Below are positions 45,895 to 57,235 of a stretch of 64,000 nt of DNA, piece after piece. The stretch is taken from assembly GCA_022813965.1 (NCBI GenBank), contig JALDZS010000031.1:62001-126000 (forward strand), read 5' to 3'. Origin of the DNA: Toensbergia leucococca. Lineage: Eukaryota. A program made the translations under genes and the position numbers. Positions within the stretch are counted from its first letter, which is position 1; each line of letters begins with the position of its first letter. Below the pieces are notes generated by a model that was not told the origin of the DNA, did not search any database, and saw only the letters and a list, made by a program, of their open reading frames with translations.

Positions 45895-47200
45895 TGTCGT
45901 TAGGGTTAGGTTATGTGAGATATGCATTTCGTGCGAGGGAGATGTGTGAGATGGATGTTTTGAGAAGAAGAGGGAAGTGCGTGGTGGATGGGACTCACTT
46001 TATAGGATACTGGGGAGAGAGGGAGAGTATATCTTGTGCTGTGATGAAGAAACTTTTGCATGTGCTTTTTAAACTTATTATGAGGGGAGGTTTATATACT
46101 TTCCTCGTGCTCATGTGAGAGGTCTTGGTATGCTATTTTCGCCATTCGAGGGTGGCTTTATTCTGTTGGGGGTCGTTGAGAGTCGCTGCATTGTGCTATA
46201 GGAGGTATTTATCATCTTCACGTCTAATATTATGTTCCAGGAGACCGAGATTGCTTCTCAGAGCTGGAGAGTGGGATTTCTGGATGAATCACGGCTTCGC
46301 GTATCGTGATCTGTGAAATAGAGGGACCTAATCACCAATTTCTTGTTGAATGAGCCCCGGACTATGCTTTTTGTTCTGGTTTGGGGCTGAAGGAAGGGAG
46401 GAAGTACTTTTTAGATGAAATTATTCGAGAAGATTCGGTTGTCATCAGGTCATTAGAAGCCAGTGTTCCTCATACAAAATATGCACCATCGTCTCTCTTA
46501 CTCCTAGCAGCCCAGCTTCTAAACACTCTGAAACAGCTATCCAGGATTTGATTCAAGACCATCTTAAGGCTCCCTTTGTCAATCACAATTCTTTAGCCAC
46601 CCCCCAGATCAGACACAAGCGGAATATCGTTCTCGGATCAGATTGATTCGACGTGAGAATACAATTATATCGCCAGATCTCGAGGCCAAGCGGATATCAA
46701 CGGAGCTCGGTTGGAACCTTATTAAATAGCTTAGATACCTTGAGTTGAAAGCGAGGCTTCTGGTGTAAAACCTAGTTCCGTTAAACGGCTGCGGATAATT
46801 CCTCTGGAAAATAGATTATTCGAGCAGCTGAATATAAAAAACATGAGAGAAGGAGAATGCCCTAAATCAGATATGACGTTAGGCCCTAATCGGACTCATA
46901 ATCGAATCTCAGCAAGGCGCTAAGTAGCAAAGTTCTTGAACTTCGCCGTTCGTAGATATCTTTCCCAAGAGTGTCTGTCTGACCTTGACTCTAAACTAAT
47001 TACGAGATGCAAACCAAGATAGCAAAATCTAGCAACGGAAAATTGATGCTAGCGGTCTCTTTTCGTGGCAAAGGACATATAAAGAAGCACAACTTCTCTC
47101 GGAATCCAAATCATCCAACTTCTGCTGAGCTCCAGCGCGTAATAGAACTCAGTTTTCCCGTTCAATACTTAGTAGAACGAGTATTAAAATAATCCTCAAC

Positions 47201-47725
47201 ATGCCTCTTGTACCCGAAGACTACAAGCCCAGTCCCAATAGTTTCCGAGGGTCTACTCTTCAGTATCATGGAACACTCTATACCACTTTCCACGGAAACA
47301 AAACCCGAGCTTCGAATACTCCCAGGGACTACCACGATCCTAGTCATGTCTTGCTTCAATTCGCTTTCTGGAGTATCATTGTATTCATTGTATTTGCGGT
47401 AGCGTGGGGGGGCTGGGAGTTCTTGCGTTGTGTGAAGAGAGTCTATCAAGCGAGGAAAGGGAGAGGAGAACACATACGAGATACGACTTGGGAATCCCCA
47501 AGCGGTCTTAGGGACGAGGAGAGGGGCCAGAGGGCGCAACGAAAAGTAAACAATGAGGACGCGCGAAAGACTTGGGATCAATTCATCGCACGTTCGATAC
47601 CAGCACCACCCCGAGCATATCGTCCTGGAAACACGGAATCAGCTTCTCTCACCCCTCCCATCAGTAACTCTCCACCGGGATATGAAATGGAAGACTGGTC
47701 GCAGATAAGAGCGGGAAGATACTAA
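47201..47725 (+). CDS. Small orphan single-pass membrane protein with a C-terminal PPxY motif
   Basis: TM segment VLLQFAFWSIIVFIVFAVAWGGW, basic juxtamembrane region, and SPPGY near the C-terminus. Confidence 0.65.
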   Translation: MPLVPEDYKPSPNSFRGSTLQYHGTLYTTFHGNKTRASNTPRDYHDPSHVLLQFAFWSIIVFIVFAVAWGGWEFLRCVKRVYQARKGRGEHIRDTTWESPSGLRDEERGQRAQRKVNNEDARKTWDQFIARSIPAPPRAYRPGNTESASLTPPISNSPPGYEMEDWSQIRAGRY

Positions 47726-48211
47726 GGTGTATCGAATTCAGATTGTACATAGATGAATGAAGGAGATTGCGTTGTAACCTAGGAACAGGAAATTATTTGC
47801 AGAGGTGGGGCTTTGGTACTGCAGTGATTCAACCGTCAGACATCTTGTATCATTCGTAGAAAACCATCCGATTAATCACAAACCATGATGCTGAAGAACT
47901 GAAGTAGTCTTGACGTAGGGCTGAAATAGAATACAGCCTAGCAAATTGAGGCCACTGCCAAGTGCCAAGCAGGCACCTCAATTTGTACCTGATAATTCAA
48001 ATACCCATATCCGTGCCGAGTAGGTACTGAGGCACTTTACTATCAATCCTTTCTCGTCGCCTGGAACGTAGCTCCCGTGGTATTACCCTTTCGCACAGAG
48101 GCCACGCTGTTCACAGCACCTCTTGGCCAATTAATCTACCAGCCCGCCGACTAACTGGGCATTATTCAATGCAGCGTGGTCCCTTGCATACTCAGATTTT
48201 AAATTGACAAG

Positions 48212-51080
48212 ATGCGTCTGGATGTCAAGGTATTTCTCAGCATCTCGTTCTGTTTCGATGCTTCATGATGGACGTAGCTAAGACCGAGGTCAATTTGCAG
48301 AGGCAGCTTTTCGCCAGATCCGAAAGAGTCAAAGGCATTGACTTCCACCCCACGGAGCCTTGGGTGCGCTACTTGTCTCCAGGAACTAAGCCATGGCGCT
48401 GACAAGGTCTAGATATTGACAACACTTTATAGCGGTACGAATGTCCCTTGTTTGCACTACTGGAATCGGAAGGTCCACAGTAAATCTGACATGCTGAATC
48501 TTCAGGTCATGTTTACATCTGGTCATATGAGACACAGGTATGCAGCGGTAGCTGTCTACTAAGTCTGTGCTCACTCTTTCCAGGCGATTGTGAAGACTTT
48601 TGAGCTTACCGATGTCCCTGTACGAGCTGGCCGATTCATTGCCCGAAAGAACTGGATAGTATGCGGCTCCGATGATTTCCAACTTCGTGTTTACAATTAC
48701 AATACGTCTGAGAAAATTACTTCCTTCGAAGCTCACCCCGATTATATCCGTGCAATCGTGGTTCATCCTACTCAGCCTTTTGTCCTCACCGCTTCGGATG
48801 ACATGAGCATAAAGCTATGGGATTGGGATAAAGCTTGGAAGTGTGTACAGGTTTTCGAAGGTCACAGTCATTATGTTATGGGCCTGTCAATAAATCCAAA
48901 GGACACGAACACATTTGCATCGGCATGCCTGGACAGGACAGTCAAAATATGGAATCTTGGTTCTGGACATCCAAATTTCACCTTGGAGGCCCACGAGACA
49001 AAGGGTGTCAATTATGTCGATTACTACCCCCAAGCAGACAAGCCATATTTACTCACCACATCTGACGATAAGACTGTCAAGATTTGGGACTACACCACCA
49101 AGTCTTTGATCGCTACGCTAGAAGGACATACCAGCAATGTCTCATTCGCTTGCTATCATCCTGAACTACCTGTGATTATATCTGGGTCAGAAGATGGCAC
49201 CATCAAGATATGGCATGCGAACACCTACCGACTAGAGCAGTCTCTTACGTATGGTCTAGAAAGAGCATGGTGTGTTAGCTATCAACGTGGTCGTCAGGGA
49301 ATCGCAATGGGCTTTGATGATGGCGCAGTGGTTGTCAAAATGGGCCGAGAAGAACCAGCTGTATCGATGGACAATTCAGGAAAGCTAATATGGGCACGAC
49401 ATTCGGAGATACTTTCAACCGTTATTAAAGGAGGCGATTTATCACTCAAGGATGGTGGCCCCTTGAGCTTACCTTCGAAAGACCTCGGCAATTGTGAAAT
49501 ATACCCTCAAACTCTTACTCATTCCCCTAATGGCCGATTCGTTTCCGTTTGTGGAGATGGCGAATACATCATCTACACTGCCCTAGCTTGGCGAAACAAA
49601 GCTTTCGGACCTGCTCAGGACTTTGCGTGGGGCTCAAAAGATAACAGCACTGACTATGCTATTCGAGAGTCGACTACGAGTGTACGTAAATTCCGGAACT
49701 TCAAGGAGAGTGGGACTGTCAATGTTGGTTTCCAAGCTGAGGGACTGAGTGGCGGTGTGCTCCTGGGTGTGAGAGGGCAAGGAGGAATTGGCTTCTTTGA
49801 CTGGGAGACTGGAGTGCTTGTGCGAAGGATTGAAGTCGAGCCGAAAAACGTGCGTCCATCTGCCTCAAATGTAAAAACAGCTCTCAATGCTGACTCTCAA
49901 ACAGGTATACTGGTCTGAAAGTGGAGAACTCGTTGCCCTTGCCTGCGATGACACCTTCTATGTACTACGGTTCTCGCGTGAGAATTATACAGCGGCACTG
50001 AACGCCGGTGAGGGTGACGAAGATGGTGTCGAAGCCGCATTCGATGTAGTGACAGACATCAACGAAAGCGTTCGAACTGGCCAGTGGGTCGGTGACTGTT
50101 TTATTTATACAAACTCCACGAACCGGCTGAATTACCTCGTTGGTGACCAGACGTATACGATATCTCATTTCGACCAGTCCATGTACCTACTGGGCTATCT
50201 TCCGCGCGATGGAAGGGTTTATGTAGCGGACAAAGATGTGAACGTCATTTCGTATGCTCTTTCTCTCACCGTTGTAGAATATCAGACACTTGTTCTCCGT
50301 GGTGATATGGACACAGCTGCTGAACTTCTCCTCGACATCCCCGAAGATCAGAAAAATAAGATAGCCCGCTTCCTCGAGGGTCAAGGTTACAAAGAAATGG
50401 CCCTTGAAGTCGCCACCGATCCAGAACACCGCTTCGACCTCGCTCTTGCGTTGGGCAATTTACCCATAGCCCTCGAAATCGCTCGAGAAGCCAACGTAGA
50501 ACACCGATGGAAGACTGTTGGCGATGCCGCACTGAACGCTTGGAATATTTCCCTTGCCGAAGAGTGTTTCACCAACGCCAAAGATCTAGGCTCTTTGCTT
50601 CTTTTACATTCGGCTACCGGCAGCGCGGAGGGACTGCGAAGACTCTCCGTGCAAGCGGACGAAGCTGGGTGGAACAATATATCATTTTCCTGCTTATGGC
50701 AACTGGCGGATTTGGATGGATGCATTGACCTGCTACTAAGGACTAATCGCATGGCCGAGGCAGTACTGTTTACGCAAACCCATAAACCGAGTCGAGGGGC
50801 AGAGGTAGTGGGTAAATGGAAGGAGGGGTTGGAGAAGAGTGGGAAGGGAAAGGTGGCTAGGATCATTGGCGTGCCACCTACAGGCAAGGGTGAAGGTGAT
50901 GAAGAGCTTTTCCCAGAGTGGGAGGAATACTTAAAGTGGGAGAAAGAGGGGGGAGGAGAGGATAAACTGATTGATGTTGGTGGCGAGGCTGAGACGAGAG
51001 GAGAGGAGCATGCGGAGGAGATCGATAATGATGGTGACGAGAAGGTGGAGTCTGGGGAGGTTAGCGTGCAAATGAACTAG
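48212..51080 (+). CDS. SEC27: Coatomer subunit beta' (6 exons, four very short 5' exons)
   Basis: MRLDVK|RQLFARSERVKGIDFHPTEPW|ILTTLYSG|HVYIWSYETQ|..., then WD40 repeats (FEAHPDYIR, FEGHSHYVM) and the coatomer WD-associated region. Confidence 0.97.
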
Positions 51081-52676
51081 CTTATGACTAACTATGAGTG
51101 TAACTTGCTGTCAGATTACTTTCCCCAGAAGCAGTTCTTCCTTCCAAGGACTCATATCCAGCGGGGTGATGGTGAATGATGCATTCAATCCCTTTTCCTC
51201 AGAGGCGATCAAGCGGGCTTCTTGAGACTTCAAAGGGTCTTCAGGCATGCAAAGGGGCATATATATTTTTTTGAGATTATACAGGCTTTTCTTGCAATCT
51301 GACCCCTTTTTTTCCCGGTCCCTAGAATGTGTTTCTTTCTTCTGAATGAGGGAGTTTTGTAGCATGAACGTTAGGGATGTTTTCATCATTGGGGGAAAGG
51401 TGGGCATTTTTTTCTTGAGGGGGCCATCTGTGAGGGGGAGTGATCATTATGAATGAATGAAATAGGGGCGCTATTTCAGTAATGCAGCGAAAAGAGAAGT
51501 TTTATTGAAAATGTTGATCATTGCAGAAGAGAAATAATACAACTGTGATCAAAAAATTTGAGATTGTCATCATACTCAGGTCTCAAATCCCTCGTTCAAC
51601 GCTTTTCAATACGCCACAAACACTCAACTCACACTCCCTCCAAATCACAAACATCTTCATGAAGATTCAAAAAACAAAAAAAAAAAAAAAAAAAAGAAAT
51701 CCACATCATCACATGCACTCAACCCCCCAACCTCCAGAAACACAAAATCCACAGAAGCCTAAAAAATCAGTCCCCTTCACATCTCACAAGAACCCCCATC
51801 GATCAGAGTTCGCTTTCACACCGTCATCAAGAATGAACACTCTGTTGTCCTTCTACACAATGGGAAGAGAGGGGCCATTGAAAAAACAACGTCCCCGTAG
51901 GGTTCCCGTAGGATGCGCGCGGGGGCGGACCCGGTTTTTCCAAATCTTTCGGGAGCGGAATAGGGAATGGGAGTGGAGGGTGGTATTGGTTGCATAGGAG
52001 TGGGCTGGACACTGCCATAGGATCCGGGATAGTAAAATGCCTCCTCCAAAGAGTCATGCTCAGGAAATCAATCCAGGCTCCGCTAAAAGTCTTGGCCCCT
52101 AAATCAACATATTTCATATTCTACCCGTGGGCTCAAATCCTAACAAAAAGAGATAAAATAGAAAAAAAAAAACACCACAAAACCCCCAAAGTCTTGTCTT
52201 TAACACAAAAAACAAGCAAAACTCAAAAGAAAAACCTCCAATCCCATTCTCCAAAAAAAAAAAAAAAAAAAAAAAAAACACACTTCACAAACCCCATTCC
52301 CCCCCCCTCATCCCCATGCAAAATAGCCCCAAAATTCTCTCTAGATACCTTTCTTAACCCTTTTTCACACCACACCACACCACACCTTTCTCAGCCCATC
52401 ATACCTTACCTTGTGCCAAAGGTAGATGACCAAAAAAAACAACAACCCATGTGCGAAAAAAAAAAAAAAAAAAAAAAAAACTCTCATTCAGGCATCTGAC
52501 CTGCCCTCGTCAAAAGAATCCGCTTGCGCACAAATTTCCTTGATTGATATAAAAAATCCGCAGTGTTCAGCGTTTTTCTTTGTGGGGTGCCAAAAATTAT
52601 CTTCAAAGTCGGCGAGTTGCATTGCATTGCATCAATCTTTTCCATCATTCATCTCTTAATCTATCTCTTGTCACCA

Positions 52677-53504
52677 ATGATATCAGCTCCTCACGTCCTC
52701 GGGGCGAGTCTTTCTCAAAACCTCGCACGGCCGCTTCTTCCAAGACCTCAGTTCTTCATCCGTAACGCAACCATAGCTCAAAGGCTCTTTCAGCCAAATC
52801 GACAACTCTCCACCCTACCCCTCACAACCACTCGCTCTGCAGCAGCACTTCGCTCTCCATGCCCCTCCTCCCTCCTCACACGCAAGACCCCACCTCCCAC
52901 CACCCCAGCCCTCACCCTCCACCGCCCATTATTCACCTTCAAGGTCACAACCCTGCTATTCGCGCGCGAAAGAGCAGATCTGCTTCGAGCCATCGACGCA
53001 AAAATAGCCGCGGAGCGCACGCTCCGCCAGCAAGCAGCCGCTGCCAAGAACAAAAGTGATCATAAGGAAGCTTTATATGTGTTCCTGGTGATTGGAGTAT
53101 GTTACGTATCGCTCGTCGCCTACATGGACGGAGCGCCGCGTGCGGTCTGGGAATGGTTCAGCACAAAACGGAGCCCCGTCTCCGAAATGCCTTCGGCTTG
53201 TTGCCTGAAACAACAACAACGGCCGGCCGCGAAGACCGGAGCGGATGAGACGGGTATGTTCAAGGTGGTGGCTGGAGAGGATCTTGCTGAGGAGGAGGAG
53301 GATGAGGAGCCTTTTGTTGAAAAGGTCGGGGAGCGCATTGCTGCGAGAGAGTGGGAATGCCTCTCGGAGAGAGAAAAGGAGCGTCATGGCGACGAGCTTA
53401 TGGAGCGGATGGACAAGGAGGCGAGGGAGCGTTGGCTCGAGACGACTAGGGTGCAATTTATCAAGGACAGGAAGGAGGCATGTTGTTCAGCATGCCGAAA
53501 ATAG
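52677..53504 (+). CDS. Hypothetical protein, probably mitochondrial, with one TM segment
   Basis: ATG at 52677. Arg/Ser/Leu-rich acid-free N-terminus, TM segment ALYVFLVIGVCYVSLVAYM, acidic coiled-coil tail ending ACCSACRK. Confidence 0.65.
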   Translation: MISAPHVLGASLSQNLARPLLPRPQFFIRNATIAQRLFQPNRQLSTLPLTTTRSAAALRSPCPSSLLTRKTPPPTTPALTLHRPLFTFKVTTLLFARERADLLRAIDAKIAAERTLRQQAAAAKNKSDHKEALYVFLVIGVCYVSLVAYMDGAPRAVWEWFSTKRSPVSEMPSACCLKQQQRPAAKTGADETGMFKVVAGEDLAEEEEDEEPFVEKVGERIAAREWECLSEREKERHGDELMERMDKEARERWLETTRVQFIKDRKEACCSACRK

Positions 53505-53744
53505 GGGATTTTTCCGGCTGAACGGGAAGGCGTTTGGGGTTGCGTTTTCTTCTTCTCCGCTCTTGATATAAGTTTCCTGTTCTTCTTCTCCACACTTCGT
53601 GTAAGGTTTCAAATGGTGTGAGCTTTGGTGTATGATACTTTGTATTTTTCCCGGGGGGATCTGAAGGTAACGAAACTGTAGTATATATGAAACTGTGACA
53701 CCTTCAATAACAAACCACTCAAGCTCCCCAAGACACCAAGAAGA

Positions 53745-55949
53745 TCACGTCAAACCCAACTCCCTATAAAACGCCTCGGAGCTTGGTTTCCGACCCAGAA
53801 AGTCCTCGAGCGACTGCATCTCATCCTGACTGCCTCCCTTCTCAAGAACGGCATGACGATAGCGGCGGCCTTCGCTGGAGTTCATGGGATCTGCGGCAAA
53901 AGAGCTGTGAAACATGTCTGCCGAATAAACTTGGGAACTGCAGTTGGTGAAGTTTAGTTTGGACTTTGGCACGAGGAGTATGAAGATTTACCTCAGATAG
54001 CCATAATAGCCTGCATCGTAGCCACCGATTAGATGGCCAAACGTTGCTTGGCCATGTCCCCACGCGCTTCCCTGCCCGAGCGCTTCCGGCCCTTCCAGTT
54101 GTGTGATTTCTGTTCTCAAGCGATTGTATTCCTCCGAGACCTTGAGGTTCTCGATTGCAGTATGACTGGTCGGTTCATGTATAGTCATGTCGAATATTCC
54201 AAAATGCAGTTGGCGCAAATTGAACAACGCACCATTTACATGCTTCGTTTTTATGAGGTTCGAAATTAGTTCGTCTGGGATAGCGTCCTCTGGTTTGTTC
54301 TGGCCCTTGGATTGTTCCTGCCAAGCGGCCTCGTATTCCGGAGATAGGGATGAATAATGATGGCTTAAGGCTTTAAGTTGACTTCGCGTCCAGCACCAAT
54401 TTTCTAGCATCTGGCTCGGCGCCTCAACGAAGTCCCGGACCACGTTCGTGCCATGAAATCTCGAATATGTTACTCTAGACACTAGATCATGGATGCCATG
54501 CCCAAGTTCGTGGAACAAAGTCACCACCTCATCATGCTTAAGAAGACTTGGTTTCTTGGGTGTTGGTTTCGAGAAATTGCACACGAGAGCTGTTGCAGGA
54601 TATCTTTTCTTGCCATTTTCATCTACAAAACCAGGCTGAATATTGAAGTTTGCAGCGTGTCCATATTTCCCTTCTCGTGGATGAAGGTCAAGATAAAGGT
54701 ACCCAACAAATCCGTTACCTTCGCCCTCGTCATCCCAAACGCTGAACAGCTGTACGTCTGGGTGCCAAATAATGTCTTCGCCTTTTCCAGTTGGAGAAAT
54801 AGATGAACGATCGGCGTCGGTAATTTCGACAAAGACCAGGCCAAAGAGCTGTTCGAATATTTCAAGCATCCCACGAATTGAGCTTTGCAGAGGAAAATAC
54901 TCGGCAATCTTCTGTTGGTCAAGAGAGTAGTCCTGTTCAAGAAGTAGGCGATCATAGAATCGATGGTCCCACAGGAAATAATGGCCGTCAAAGCTTTCGT
55001 CGCGCGCTTTAAGATCTTTCTCTTTCAACGCCGCGAGAGCTTTCTTTTCATTTGCTCCGCCTTTCGTTAGACGCTGCCGTAGATCACCGAGGAACTCGTC
55101 TACGGTTGTTGGAGTTTTGGCCATCTTATCCTCGATCTTAAAGGCTGCATGATTAGGATAGCCGAGAAGTCTGGCAGCTTCATCACGGAGCACTAAAGCT
55201 TCACGAAAGAGAGGCACATTTTGATTACACTTGTTCTCGTTGTCAACGTAGACTCGTTTTCTGGTCGCAGCATTCATTGCATACTTTAACGTAGGGAACA
55301 AATCTGGGTACTTGAATGTTAATTTCATCTTTCCAGCATTATCGCCTTCGCCTTTGCTAAGTCCTGACAACACATCCTCGGGGACTCCATTGAGTTCCTC
55401 TGCCGTGAACCAAATACCACCATTCTCCTCGTTCAAGTTTTTCTGAAAAGAAATGCTTATTTGACTAAGCCTCGTCTTGATATCCTTGAAACGATCTCTT
55501 TTAGGCCCTGCAGGTATACCTAGTCCATTACGAACGTAGCTTTTATGCTCCTTCTCCAGTAATCTCTGGGACTCGGGATCTAATTTTTCCTTGTTCTGGA
55601 GCGCAGCATCAACAAGCTTGTAAATATCCTCACGCATAGATGCTTCAATACTAAAGTCATCCAAGAGTTGTTCAGCTTCTGTGGAGGCGTCTCTTATGCT
55701 CTTGTCGGCAGACACGGCTTGATAGAAGCCGATGATGTGCGCCTCAAGAGCCATGTTGTTCTCATCGTAGGCCATGGGCAGCATGACATTCTTAAATGAA
55801 GCATCATTCAATTGTACCTCAGCAACCAGTCTGTTTTGTACACTGCGCGATGTCTCTATCAATCGCTTCGTGTCATCGATTATGGATGATGTTGTCCCTG
55901 TCCAGACTGGCGGGGATTGTGGAGGTATTCGATAGGCTTGGGGTGCCAT
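53745..55949 (-). CDS. M3-family zinc oligopeptidase (thimet oligopeptidase / Prd1 / MepB type), 2 exons; in-frame upstream GUG at 56141
   Basis: YLDLHPREGKYGHAA, zinc motif FHELGHGIH, DFVEAPSQMLENW and GYDAGYYGYL|SSQVYSADMF. The first ATG is at 55949. Confidence 0.95.
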
Positions 55950-57235
55950 TGCGGCGGTGGTAAGCGGCCTAAGAGGCTTGGTTGAAGCAGTCGATGATAT
56001 AGGGTTCGGTCTGATGATGATCTGATTGAAAATGGCCGAGACCCTTGCGGCGAGACGAGAAGGAGCGGCCAGAATGAAGGTGATGGAGGTGACAAGGAGA
56101 AGGGTAGCAACCAAGAGCTTGAGGGAGCGGGAGACTGCCACGTTGAATGGTAAAGTCTGAAGTATGACGAGGGGTAATCAGGTAAGGAGGTAGTGAATGC
56201 ACTGTAACGGCTACGTGAATGATGAATTGATGCAATCCAATTGGCGTTTGCGGGGAAACCAACTTCACCCGTCGCGTCTAGATGTCGGGTCACGCTTAAT
56301 ACCACTTTGGGGCTAGGGTACATTAGGGCTAGGTCCACCGAATGAATAATATTTATGACCTATTCGACAATGACCCTCACACAACATCACCTGTATCACA
56401 TCTTCAAAAGTTCAGAGGTGCAAAGACATTCGATTGTACCAACGTCTCGGAGAATAAACATTTCTTGCTATCCTAGGCCATTCAAATCACTCCAATCAAA
56501 GCCTGAGAACTTTATCGTCGATGGACAGGGCCTACCTTCGTAAATCCCTTGGGTTTACCGAGGCAAGTTGATGATTGCTCTCAAAGCGAGACTCTCGGGA
56601 ACGTTGTAGAGATTCGAGATAGCCTGACGCGGGCACTTCATTTGCTCAAGAACATTCATATCAAGCACTCTTCGATCCGAGCAATACATCACCTCGAGGT
56701 GCTCCGGATGAGCTTTTAGCACGTAACAGTGCAGAATCAGCTCAGTGCTATACCATTCCACACCTTGATGACAATAATCTGGGAGAAACGGCTGCTGGCT
56801 GAAACAACTACCAAATTATTGTATCGTCCGAATGTCCCCAAAGTTTCAGGTATGCAAACTTGAAACCGCAGAAAGGTCGGATAATTTGACTGAAGTAGTA
56901 AGCAATGATCATGACGCTGCGGAGATGAACAAATGCTGGAAGAGTGGAGCATTGTCAGAAATAACCTAAACTCCACTTAGCCCGGCCCTCCTTGGCTTAG
57001 CCTCCCAGGGAGTATGAAGTTCGTAAAAAAGTCACACAATGTCAGTGTCTTGCAACTTATCGAACCGATGTTTCTGAATTTAGCGTGATAACTGAGAGAT
57101 CTGCTAATGCTTTCCACGAGTTCGATTTTCTCTCCGTTTTGAACTTATCAACAATACAGGTAGCACTTCTTGGAAGAGACGACTAGCATGATCTTCACAC
57201 ATGATCATGAATAGCTTACTAAGGCAGTAAATCCT

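Noticed and set aside
51111..52660. ORFs in the poly-A-rich region after SEC27
   Set aside because: They are dominated by homopolymer-derived Lys/Pro runs. The 51816-52117 ORFs have no recognisable motif.
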